NCBI GenBank assembly: GCA_040377305.1
Contig: JBEIPA010000006.1
Span: 4,177-68,176, forward strand
Source: Flavobacteriales bacterium
GTDB lineage: Bacteria > Bacteroidota > Bacteroidia > Palsa-965
Direction: 5' to 3'
DNA: 64,000 nt
Shown: one piece after another, positions 9,242-18,439 of the stretch
Layout: the number at the start of each line of letters is the position of its first letter
How positions within the stretch are numbered: position 1 is the stretch's first letter
The notes under the pieces: generated by a model
Databases searched by the model: none
What the model saw: only the letters and a program-made list of their open reading frames with translations
Told to the model about the DNA's origin: nothing
Made by a program: the position numbers and the translations under genes

Positions 9242-10597
9242 TCACACAAACACCGCTGTCAACGAAGCAATGATGTCTGTCTGCTCTCCTCCGGCCAACG
9301 TCACCGATACAGTCGAACCTTTGAATGCAACGATGGTTTGTCCGCTCAGACCGGTTTGTGTAAACGGTTTTTGACTTGTTGCACCGGCCATACTGCCGAA
9401 TGGTCCATACTTGAGACCCGCTTGCGAGTGCAGCGTGATTTGTAAAACACAATTCGTTCCATACCACACACCGGTGTAACCGGTGACAGAAACGATGGGA
9501 TCAGTGGTTGGAATATTGATCGTCTGCGTTACTCCACTTGTTCCGCCGTGTTGCAATAAAGTGAATACACCGCTCGTCGTTCCCGGAGGCTGCGTACCGA
9601 AATTGTATGAGCCTGTTCCGGTGTTCACGCACTGAATGGCATTGAGTATATCGCCGGACTGAATGATCATTTGTGTTATTGGAGGATTACCCGCAACAGC
9701 AACAATTGCAGAGTCATCAAAATTATTTCCTGCAGGAGGATTCGCGAGCTGAGAAAGGATCATGATCTGTGCCTGCTCGAACTGAAAGTTGCCGGAGTTG
9801 AATCTCCATGTGAAGATGTCCAGGTAATTGAACCCCGAATTTACAGCGCTCCACACTTGCTGTGCGCTGGCGTTAGGAGCAGAATTGCCCGGCTCGAATT
9901 GTGCGCCATAACCAATAATAGCAGGCGCTATTCCGGCACTCAGATAGTCTGACAACTGACTTCCGTCGTAGAATTGCGGAGAGACGATATCGAAAGTGCT
10001 GTTAAGCGTGATTATTTGATTGGGCGAAGGAGCAAAAGCCGGCGCCATGGTCAGATACAATTTTTCTGATTGCGCATCAAATGCCGTGCGTATTGCGGTA
10101 AACAGAATTTGAAATTGTGAGTCCGTCATACCGGCCACATCACCTTCCCAGTCTACATCAATTCCGTTCATACCGTTTGCCTGCAAATAAGAAACGAGGT
10201 TGTTGGCAAATGCAGTGGCTTGCGTTTGCGGATCTCCACTGGAGAAAACAGCTGCCAGTGTCTGATTGCCTCCATAAATCATCGTCGCCAGAAACTTGAT
10301 GTTCGGATTCACCGCTCGCGCATCACGCAGCACATAATTCAGGTAATCCTGATTGCTCAGAAATTTAGTTGGCTTGGGTGCATCACCGAGGTGACAACCA
10401 TTTCCAATCTGTATGGTGAAACCACTTGCTGCGGGCACCACTTCAAAAAAAGCAATGCCGAGAAAATTGATGCTGTTGTAAACTTTGTACTGAATCAAAG
10501 ACTGAAAACAACTGTCGGGACTGTTGTAATTCGTTGTAGGTGGTTCATCTTCGTTGAGGAAGATCCAGGCGTTAACGCCGTAGGTGAGAGTGGTCAT
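9242..10597 (-). CDS. class III (hevamine-type) GH18 chitinase-like domain fused to C-terminal jacalin-like lectin domain; no signal peptide
   Basis: NGIDVDWEG matches the GH18 catalytic DxDxE. KLYLTMAPAFAPSPN and FDIVSPQFYD match the hevamine KVYLTAAPQCPFPD/FDYVWVQFYN blocks. The C-terminal GG.SG...VSVTGYTGVWYG...YGPFG matches the jacalin beta-prism signature. Confidence 0.7.
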   Translation of the reverse strand: MTTLTYGVNAWIFLNEDEPPTTNYNSPDSCFQSLIQYKVYNSINFLGIAFFEVVPAASGFTIQIGNGCHLGDAPKPTKFLSNQDYLNYVLRDARAVNPNIKFLATMIYGGNQTLAAVFSSGDPQTQATAFANNLVSYLQANGMNGIDVDWEGDVAGMTDSQFQILFTAIRTAFDAQSEKLYLTMAPAFAPSPNQIITLNSTFDIVSPQFYDGSQLSDYLSAGIAPAIIGYGAQFEPGNSAPNASAQQVWSAVNSGFNYLDIFTWRFNSGNFQFEQAQIMILSQLANPPAGNNFDDSAIVAVAGNPPITQMIIQSGDILNAIQCVNTGTGSYNFGTQPPGTTSGVFTLLQHGGTSGVTQTINIPTTDPIVSVTGYTGVWYGTNCVLQITLHSQAGLKYGPFGSMAGATSQKPFTQTGLSGQTIVAFKGSTVSVTLAGGEQTDIIASLTAVFV

Positions 10598-10772
10598 GGG
10601 TTTGGGTTTGGTGGTGGGTGGGTTCTAACGGTTTGCAAATATGCGATGGGCAGGCTTTTCAGCACTATTGTCAATGCGGAAGACTGATCTTTCGGCTACC
10701 ACTAAACTGTCTGCGGGCACAAAACCCCGCCTATTGCAGATGTGCTGTTACCAACTGGCGTTCTGTCCATGG

Positions 10773-11744
10773 TCATTTTATAATTTTTAATTGCTTGCCA
10801 ATGTCCTTAGCCAATTTTGCTAACGGTCTTCTATTAATTTCTGAATCTAAACTGTAATTGCCTAAAACAAATCTGTCAATTAAGCTTGCTGATAATTTTA
10901 AATCAGCAAATTCTTTTTTCAATTCATCTCTTCTTGACTGGTTGTAATAGAGAGATTTCAAAACTAACTCTTCAACAACATCCGTATGTTTTTCATAAAT
11001 CTCCTCAATGCCAAATGTTGTTTTGTGTTCATTAAATCTAGGGTCAACTACATTTACTTTTGGTTTTAATAATTTGTAATCCCTATTCCCTATCAAGTAC
11101 TCAAGAGCATTGTTTTGGTCAATGTAAAAATCAAACTTGATGTTTGCATCCTCATGATAAGGATGTATATGTGTAAGCACTGTAAATGCCTTACTGCTTT
11201 TTGAAATGTTACAAGTTGAACACGATGGAATTAAATTACCAAGTGTAAGAGAAAGAAAAGGGAAAGTTGATTTATTGTAAAAATGGTCTAACTGAAAAAG
11301 CAATTTCTTTTTTGCTCCGTCTTTTCCAATTGCTAATGTAAATTGAGCATTGCAGTATAGACAAGCTTTGACTTCGAATCTTTCTGCAAACCAAGATGCT
11401 TTTGCACTTTTTCTATATGCAGAATATCCAAACGCAACTTCAATTTCTTTTCTGAAAACTGGGTCAGTCAGAGTGTTCATATATGCACCAGTTGTAAACT
11501 GTGTAATAAGATTTGGGATTTGATCTGGACTAGCTTTGATAATATCATCAAAGTTGTCAATCAAATCATTTATGAAATTTTGTTGGTTACCAATTTTAAG
11601 TAACGCTAATGCAGTAAGGTTATCTGTTGCTTTGTCAAAATAGTTTGTCCAAGCTGCTTTATGGTATGTCAAATATTCATTCGCAAAACTTGCAAACGAA
11701 ACCAACTTGCCACTGTTTTCAACTATCTTATCAATTATTCTCAT
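10773..11744 (-). CDS. HNH endonuclease (PtuB-like partner of the upstream ATPase)
   Basis: CLYCNAQF...LDHFYNKS...NLIPSCSTCN gives the HNH arrangement C-x2-C...H...N...C-x2-C. It overlaps the ATPase gene by 14 nt. The gene is AT-rich. Confidence 0.75.
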   Translation of the reverse strand: MRIIDKIVENSGKLVSFASFANEYLTYHKAAWTNYFDKATDNLTALALLKIGNQQNFINDLIDNFDDIIKASPDQIPNLITQFTTGAYMNTLTDPVFRKEIEVAFGYSAYRKSAKASWFAERFEVKACLYCNAQFTLAIGKDGAKKKLLFQLDHFYNKSTFPFLSLTLGNLIPSCSTCNISKSSKAFTVLTHIHPYHEDANIKFDFYIDQNNALEYLIGNRDYKLLKPKVNVVDPRFNEHKTTFGIEEIYEKHTDVVEELVLKSLYYNQSRRDELKKEFADLKLSASLIDRFVLGNYSLDSEINRRPLAKLAKDIGKQLKIIK

Positions 11745-13719
11745 TGCTGCCTCTTTGTTTTATTTCTCTGCTTGATGTAAGTTCCCTTTCAAGAAATGCA
11801 ATTCGTTCATCAATGTTTTCAATTCTCTGTTCAGGGAATTTCATGTAAAACAATTCCAACAACTGATTTAGAATAAGCGGTTCTCCAACTAAATCGATTA
11901 CACTTTTCAAATGCTGTGGATTCCTGGGGACTTCTCTCTTCAATTCACTAATAACTTCTTTGATGATTTCCTTTGCAAATTCACCCATTGCACCGCCTTT
12001 GTCTTTCAGAAAAAAAGCATCGGCATAAAGTGAATGAATATTTGCTCCAAACGTTTTTTGCATGTCTTTCAATTCCGAAACTTTGCAATCTCCTGTAATA
12101 TCATCCTTCTCTAAGAAAAGAATATTGTTCTTAGGCAAGTCAGAAACCAAAATTGGTGAATGACTTGAAATAAGTATCTGTAACTTTTTCTTGGGAAAAA
12201 GTTTCGGTAAATTTTCATTCAACAATTTTATAAACGAAATCTGCCACTGTGGATGGAGTGTTACTTCAGGTTCATCAAGTAGAAAAGCAAGCTCTGATTG
12301 ACTTGCTGGAATTGTATCTGCCGCTCTTTTAAGTCGACTGAACATTGAAAGTAAATTTTTTTCTCCGCTGCTTAAACCTACGTACTCAATTGAAAATATA
12401 TCAAAGATGAATGTTCGTCTATCTTCTCCATCTTCCAAAACAAAATCATCAAAATATATTTTAATGAACTCCTTTATTACATCTGGTTTTGAAAGAGGAA
12501 TTGTGAAATCATAATTTCCTTTATATTTTATGGAAGGAGATTCAATAATGAAATCAACTGCCTTTTTTATTTTAGAATAAAGTGAACTCCTAAATTTCCC
12601 TGTGAACTGGGCTTTCTTTAAAAAGTTTTCAAGTGTGGTTCTATGAATTCTTGTTTTGCTCGTAGACGAAAGGAATAATTCTATTGTAGAAAGGATTGCA
12701 TTTGATTTTCCTCTGTCGCCAAAATTCATTCTGTTCTTATACTCATATTTCAATGCCCCGTAAAGGAAACTCACATACAAGTTTGATTCTAATTCCTTCA
12801 ACCTGTCCTTTTCTCTTAGGTCTTTTTCTTTTATTGAAGTAATTACTTCTTCAATTCGTCCTTGCAATTCATTGTCGGCTTTCAAAAAACTATCAATGCT
12901 TTCCCAAAACCTTTGATAGAAATCATTCAAGCGAATGGTTACACCTTCAATGCGATTCTTGAAAGGCAGTTGTTCGAATATTTGATTCGAAAGAAATTCC
13001 AAATTTCGTTTCGACTCAGCTGATTTATGAGCCAACAATTCACTCTCTCCCGATATGTAATAACTGGTCTCACCAATATTTAGAGCATGATAATCATCTA
13101 CAATACAATTCTCCGTTGTATAATCGTAGTAATGCCAATAATCCGTCTCCCAGGTTCTTGAACTTCCAGCAACACCTTCAATGTTTGCAATCCTATCCAT
13201 GTTCAATAACGGACTGTAATGAATAATTGAAAGGTGGTTTAAATGACTGGTGGCAATCTGTCCTGTATAACTATCTTCAACTTCATGGGGTTTAAGTTTT
13301 CTCTGAAATTTATCTCTATTATAATTTACCAACTCAACATTTGGGACTTCCTTCAAATCAAAATATTTGATTTCAGAAATTGATTTGCCAAAATGAATTC
13401 CCTTGCGATTGAAAATGAATTTGTCAGTGATAATAAAACCGTCAAAATAATAACTCGGTTTTGTCATTATGTTTTGAATCAGGATTTCTAAAAGAGTTGA
13501 CTTGCCCGAACCATTCTCGCCAATGATTGCCTTTATGTCCTCAATCTGCTCATTAAAAAGTTTTGGGTTTCTTTTTTTTACGCATTCAAGTCTGCCTACA
13601 ATTTCTTTTGTTTTAGGGCTGTCCTTCTCTATTGTAAAACTGAATTCATAGAGAGAACTCAAATTGAATCCTATCTTTTTAATATGGTTGTATTTGTTTA
13701 CCCAGAGATATAAGAGCAT
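11731..13719 (-). CDS. AAA_15/AAA_21 ABC-type ATPase (PtuA-like, Septu-like defense ATPase)
   Basis: Walker A GENGSGKST, signature-like LSSGEKNLL, Walker B FLLDEPEVTLHP and H-loop ISSHSP. The N-terminal IKKIGF..S.YEFSF is typical of AAA_15. It is translationally coupled to the downstream HNH gene. Confidence 0.8.
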   Translation of the reverse strand: MLLYLWVNKYNHIKKIGFNLSSLYEFSFTIEKDSPKTKEIVGRLECVKKRNPKLFNEQIEDIKAIIGENGSGKSTLLEILIQNIMTKPSYYFDGFIITDKFIFNRKGIHFGKSISEIKYFDLKEVPNVELVNYNRDKFQRKLKPHEVEDSYTGQIATSHLNHLSIIHYSPLLNMDRIANIEGVAGSSRTWETDYWHYYDYTTENCIVDDYHALNIGETSYYISGESELLAHKSAESKRNLEFLSNQIFEQLPFKNRIEGVTIRLNDFYQRFWESIDSFLKADNELQGRIEEVITSIKEKDLREKDRLKELESNLYVSFLYGALKYEYKNRMNFGDRGKSNAILSTIELFLSSTSKTRIHRTTLENFLKKAQFTGKFRSSLYSKIKKAVDFIIESPSIKYKGNYDFTIPLSKPDVIKEFIKIYFDDFVLEDGEDRRTFIFDIFSIEYVGLSSGEKNLLSMFSRLKRAADTIPASQSELAFLLDEPEVTLHPQWQISFIKLLNENLPKLFPKKKLQILISSHSPILVSDLPKNNILFLEKDDITGDCKVSELKDMQKTFGANIHSLYADAFFLKDKGGAMGEFAKEIIKEVISELKREVPRNPQHLKSVIDLVGEPLILNQLLELFYMKFPEQRIENIDERIAFLERELTSSREIKQRGSNENN

Positions 13720-13914
13720 AAATGTTAAGTCTTAATAATTCTTGCCAAGATGTTTGTATCTATTACTATTGTTGTGTTCTCGTTATACGCTTGCTGGTAA
13801 CGTTTTCAGGCTTCGCGTTGGTGGGCTTTTGGAACACTAAAGTTTATTAATCGCTCAAATGTTGATACTCGCACTATACGCCCACTAACGCAAAACCCGT
13901 GTTAGCAGTTGTTA

Positions 13915-15051
13915 TTATACCAATTCTACATACGTCTTGTCATTCAAGTCTTTTCTAATTATATTCCAATGTGCAAGAACTTGAGGAACATACTCTTTAC
14001 CATTATTTATGGCTGCAAGATATTCTTCTTTATCAATAGCATTTCCTGTTATATATTTATAGGTTGTCTCAAGCACTATCGCTAGTTCTCCATAGATTGC
14101 TTTTGAAAATGATTCATACTGCTTTGGATAATATGCTTTTAAGTATTCATCAACGGTGGCAAGAATCATAGTTTGTCTCACCCTCGGATGAGGATGTGTT
14201 TGGACTTTAGAATCGATACTTCTGTAAATACTAGACTCGACCATTATGCGTGTAAGAGTCAGTACTGCTAACGACCAATTAAATATTGTTCTATCGAAGT
14301 CAACATAAAATTCCTTCCTATCCTCGGAAACACTTTGTTCCCCTAAATGTCTTTTTACTGCATTTACTAATCCTTTACAAACAGCTAAGCAATCGGCATC
14401 CATTTCTAAAGTTTGAATAGTTAAAATATCATCTTCGGAAATGGCTTTAATATTTCGCTCCTCATAAATATTCGTTCCAAAACGAGTCTTAATGAAATCA
14501 AGATGCCCATTAATTATATGAGTCAATTCGTGAGCTACTAGAAAATCGACAGACACATCAACCAAATGCCTAGCATACGCTTGCCTAATCTTATCATTTG
14601 GAATAGCCATTTGATAAGCATTGTAGTCAATATCGCCACATGTAACCAAAAGATTTGCGTCTAAATAGTAATTTCTTATTGTTGGACTATTTTTTGTTTC
14701 CAAAGAAGTGTCTCCAACTTCACCTAACACGAGAGGATTCGAAAGCATTCTGAAGAACAGGTCGTATAGTATTACTACAGCCCCCGCATTTATTCCAATA
14801 AAATAAAATCCATCATTTGTTTTCGCGGCAATAGCATTAAATTCTGGACTATCTATAAAGTCAAAATGAATATTAGGAGGGCTCTTTATTAAGCTCTCGT
14901 GATTTCTACAACTCTCAATATATTTAATTGCTCTGTTTCTATAGTACTCAAAAACAGCAAAACTATCTTTAGACAATTTCTCTGTCTTAAAAAGGCCACC
15001 TTTGTCTTTAAAAGTTTTATCAAACAATATCTTTTGATCGTTTTCGAACAT
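13915..15051 (-). CDS. HExxH zincin-like metallopeptidase-domain protein of unknown function
   Basis: VAHELTHIINGH (HExxH) with a downstream EMDAD acidic motif. The gene is AT-rich like the adjacent ATPase/HNH pair and is 195 bp upstream of it on the same strand. Confidence 0.5.
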   Translation of the reverse strand: MFENDQKILFDKTFKDKGGLFKTEKLSKDSFAVFEYYRNRAIKYIESCRNHESLIKSPPNIHFDFIDSPEFNAIAAKTNDGFYFIGINAGAVVILYDLFFRMLSNPLVLGEVGDTSLETKNSPTIRNYYLDANLLVTCGDIDYNAYQMAIPNDKIRQAYARHLVDVSVDFLVAHELTHIINGHLDFIKTRFGTNIYEERNIKAISEDDILTIQTLEMDADCLAVCKGLVNAVKRHLGEQSVSEDRKEFYVDFDRTIFNWSLAVLTLTRIMVESSIYRSIDSKVQTHPHPRVRQTMILATVDEYLKAYYPKQYESFSKAIYGELAIVLETTYKYITGNAIDKEEYLAAINNGKEYVPQVLAHWNIIRKDLNDKTYVELV

Positions 15052-15161
15052 TTCGATTGTTTACATTATAACTGCTAACTCTATAATTATTCTGTATTTA
15101 ATAGAACTATCCCCTGCTATCCCAAACATTGTTGGCACAGCATCGCGAGAACTATTTTTCC

Positions 15162-16880
15162 TCACCCCCACTCCCCCAACGTCACCACCAACCCCTTCGT
15201 TCCCACCGGCAGCGGATCGTATTTCGAAGGAACTTCCGGCTGACCTGTTGGTGCGGGTGGAATTGGTCCTGCGTTTTCGTCGTAAGCGAAACCGTAAGCT
15301 TGTCCCATGGTTGTGCCGCGTGCGCAGGTGGTGGAGTTGGATGCCTGGATGAAGATGGGAACGTTGTCGGTGCTCTTCTTCTTGGTTTTCGGATCGGTAG
15401 TCGTCACCGCAACTGTTGCTGTGTGCATGAAGAGTGAGAATAAATTCTGCACCGTTTTTTCCGGATACCAATTGGTTTGTGTGCCCCAGTATTTCGAAGT
15501 GTAGCCCGCCGTTCCTGATGTGGGTGCGGAGTTCGCTACACCACGGTTCAACGCACTCACCAATTGGTTCTGAATGTTCAGCGCTACCGACTGCTGATCG
15601 GCATTCAATCCCGGTGCAAATGCAAACACGCCTGCATTGCCGAATGCCATAGCGCCACTCGTCAGGAACATGCCCGGCACTTTGGAAAATCCGAACTGGG
15701 CGTTGGGTGTTGTTCCGCTCAGTGTACTTCCTTCGAGCACAACAGATGTAATTCCTGCTGCTGTTGTGTTGATGGATTTAATCACGGTGTTATTCGGATC
15801 AACTCCTGCGCCGGTGACGTACATGCCCGTGAGCAGATTTGTAGCTGCCGGCAGCGGAGTGGTGAATGTCAGCGTTGCATTGCTGAGCACTCCGGTGATT
15901 GCAACAGGACCCGAACTTCCGGCGTACGACATGGTGCATAATCCGATCGGATTGAAAACAGTAAACACCTGCTTGTTGCTTGCTCCGGTGAACTGCAATG
16001 CAGCATGAGAAAGTTTTGTGTTGCCCGGAATCGGTTGTGCAGCAGTTGATGTTACCGTGTAGATGTCGGGCGTAATTGTTTTTCCACCGCCAACACCTTG
16101 TATGCTGAGTTTATTATTGGAGAACAACGTGGTGAGATCCGCATCAAACCATCCGTTCAGTTTGCTGTCGAGATGAAGCAACTGGTTGGTTGTATCGATG
16201 GAACTCAGGTAAAGTCCGGGATTGAGCAGTCCGCCGTAGTTCGTTGAATACTGCATATCCAGAAACGGTGCTGCACTTGCTCCGAGTGCGTTAATGAATG
16301 GTGCATACGCGCTGATGATCGATGCGCGCGTGACAGCTGCATTGCCAAGCGGTTGTCCTACGGCACCACCCTGATTGAGTGTGATCGTCACCGGCAAAGT
16401 GAATCCATCTACAGTTTGCACGTCAATCACTGGTCCGTAACCTGGATCTACGATTGTGAATTCGCAAAAAGAATACGGTGGTACTGCTGAGTTGGGTGGA
16501 TTCTGCACATTGGTTACGTTGGCGCCTTGTCCGCTGTAAGCGATTTGTGGTCCGGACGAAAACTTCGAATTATCTGCGATGAAAAAATAAATGCGTGCAC
16601 CGTCGATCTTAGCTGCGTCGGTAAACGGAGCAGGAATGTCGATCTGCACTTCGAGAATTTCATCATTGAGTTTGTACACCGGCAGTGTTCCGCTCGCTGC
16701 AGTAACAGGAGTGAATGTGGCAGTTTTGGGTTTGATTTTGCTTTTGCGGTTGGCGCTTATCGACAACATCTTTTGCGACTTCGTAGTAAACCCGAGGACG
16801 TAGATGGTGTATTTATCGGAAGGCAATTTCGTTCCGTCGTTCAACGCAATGGTGAGCGTTGTTCCTTGTGCAGCAGTCAT
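15162..16880 (-). CDS. GH64-family beta-1,3-glucanase-like (GH64-TLP superfamily) protein, no signal peptide
   Basis: N-terminal TLTIALNDG...YTIYVLGF, RIYFFIAD and C-terminal GQAYGFAYDE parallel the LPHase blocks TLPLTITNNSG..IWIY, RIYFSYG and KAYGFAFDD. Translation starts directly at the mature-like sequence. Confidence 0.55.
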   Translation of the reverse strand: MTAAQGTTLTIALNDGTKLPSDKYTIYVLGFTTKSQKMLSISANRKSKIKPKTATFTPVTAASGTLPVYKLNDEILEVQIDIPAPFTDAAKIDGARIYFFIADNSKFSSGPQIAYSGQGANVTNVQNPPNSAVPPYSFCEFTIVDPGYGPVIDVQTVDGFTLPVTITLNQGGAVGQPLGNAAVTRASIISAYAPFINALGASAAPFLDMQYSTNYGGLLNPGLYLSSIDTTNQLLHLDSKLNGWFDADLTTLFSNNKLSIQGVGGGKTITPDIYTVTSTAAQPIPGNTKLSHAALQFTGASNKQVFTVFNPIGLCTMSYAGSSGPVAITGVLSNATLTFTTPLPAATNLLTGMYVTGAGVDPNNTVIKSINTTAAGITSVVLEGSTLSGTTPNAQFGFSKVPGMFLTSGAMAFGNAGVFAFAPGLNADQQSVALNIQNQLVSALNRGVANSAPTSGTAGYTSKYWGTQTNWYPEKTVQNLFSLFMHTATVAVTTTDPKTKKKSTDNVPIFIQASNSTTCARGTTMGQAYGFAYDENAGPIPPAPTGQPEVPSKYDPLPVGTKGLVVTLGEWG

Positions 16881-17211
16881 AATAATTCGGTAATAGTGTT
16901 AAAATCAGCGTGTGTTTGTATCAACGAATACAATACAATATAAACAGATTTTGTTACACTCGTTTATCCGAAGTATAATAATTAAAGGATAGGTGAAATT
17001 TGATAGCTGATAGCCGATTGGGAAAGTCTGCGTCTGGTAAGGTCACACAAGTGATTGTGAGGACAGCGTGCGAAAAAAATCACGGGGTAACTTTTCTGAA
17101 AATCAGGTGCGAACTGAAGAATGAAAACAGGAAAGAGTTTGAAGTACGCGGAAGATTGGTAATTTTCCCGTGGCTTCAACGAAACGAACAACTCAAGCTA
17201 CGTCCTCCTCC

Positions 17212-18405
17212 TTAGAGTTGAAGCGTATCAAAAGAAACAGTAAAGGTGGTCCCGATATTCTCTTTGCTTTCCACTTCTATTTGCCCTCCCATTATTTCTA
17301 TTTGATATTTGGTTATAAACAGGCCTATACCTTCAGCGTCGGAATTTCCGTGAAATGTTTTATACATTCCAAAAAGTTCGGCGCCATATTTTTCCAGGTT
17401 AATTCCTCTTCCATTGTCTCTTATCTTAAATATCGCCTTTGTCCCCTCCCTATTACAGCTCAGTTCAATTACCGGAGATCTGTCCGGTTTTCTGTATTTA
17501 ATGGCATTGGTCAAAAGGTTCATAAGGATACTTTCTGTGTACGCCGGATTAGCAAATATTTCAAGTTCCTTGTCTACATTATTTATAACGGTTGCATGTG
17601 CTGATTCAATCTGAATCAGTAATGTTTCCTTCAACCGTTCTAAATAGTCGTACAGATTAATCCGCTCCGGAGAAACTTTGGCGAGATTCTGAGACTTTGT
17701 AATTTCATTCAGGTGATTAACTGAAGAACTAAATCTTTGTGAAATCTTTTTTATGAAACCGAAGATTTTGTCTTTCTCTTCCGCCGAATCAGCAACACTG
17801 TATAAATGGAGTAATGAATCCAGATTGCTCGCATATGATTTTAAGTTATGCGAAACGATGTTAGAAAAATTCAGGAGTCGCTTATTCTGCTCATTCACTT
17901 TTTCATTCGATAAGCGCAGTTCCTTTTCTAATATTTTTAAGGGTGTTACGTCGGCAACGTGAACAAAAAAACCATGGACTTCCCCGTCAACAATATCGGG
18001 GAAATAATTAGCCAGCGAATGTCGTGTTGTTCCTGAGGGTAAAGGAATTTCTCTTTCAAATGTCTGTGCTTCCCCTTTCAGCGCCCCCGTAATATAGGGT
18101 AGGTTCTTTTCGTACAAAGGACCTAGCAATTCCTTGATGGTCATTTTGTCAACCATGTCCTCCTTCCTTTTACCAAACCAATCTACGTAAGCGGAATTTG
18201 CAAAACGACAAACAGAATTTTTGTCCCAATAGGCCAACATGGCCGAGATTTGGTCCGCAACCATTAAACCTGAATTATTGATGTCGTGCTCCTTTGTTTC
18301 CATTGTGTGGGGGGATTGCGTGGCTCTAAAAGGTTTTGGGTCTGACGAAGGTGGTGATTTTACCACAATTGTAGCTGCGAACATATGAACCTTTTTTAAC
18401 CACAA
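17212..18405 (-). CDS. PAS-domain sensor histidine kinase (orphan)
   Basis: PAS-like N-terminus, H-box VSHNLKSY, N/G boxes IRDNGRGI...GIGL. The true start is probably the internal METKEHD. No response regulator is adjacent. Confidence 0.8.
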   Translation of the reverse strand: MWLKKVHMFAATIVVKSPPSSDPKPFRATQSPHTMETKEHDINNSGLMVADQISAMLAYWDKNSVCRFANSAYVDWFGKRKEDMVDKMTIKELLGPLYEKNLPYITGALKGEAQTFEREIPLPSGTTRHSLANYFPDIVDGEVHGFFVHVADVTPLKILEKELRLSNEKVNEQNKRLLNFSNIVSHNLKSYASNLDSLLHLYSVADSAEEKDKIFGFIKKISQRFSSSVNHLNEITKSQNLAKVSPERINLYDYLERLKETLLIQIESAHATVINNVDKELEIFANPAYTESILMNLLTNAIKYRKPDRSPVIELSCNREGTKAIFKIRDNGRGINLEKYGAELFGMYKTFHGNSDAEGIGLFITKYQIEIMGGQIEVESKENIGTTFTVSFDTLQL

Positions 18406-18439
18406 TTCTGTGTGCGGCTATGCGGGGAGTGGTAGTACT

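Noticed and set aside
13720-13914. Retron ncRNA (msr/msd) next to the PtuA/PtuB-like genes
   Set aside because: No reverse transcriptase gene anywhere in the block. Only short motifs, no long a1/a2 inverted repeats.
15061-15504. Several 65-136 aa ORFs on both strands near the 3' end of the GH64-like gene
   Set aside because: They overlap the supported GH64 frame or the intergenic spacer. Translations are Gly/Arg-rich with no features.
17000-17215. 71-aa plus-strand ORF between the GH64 gene and the histidine kinase gene
   Set aside because: No start context or domain. The region looks like AT-rich promoter/terminator DNA with a weak gcttcaac...gttgaagc hairpin.
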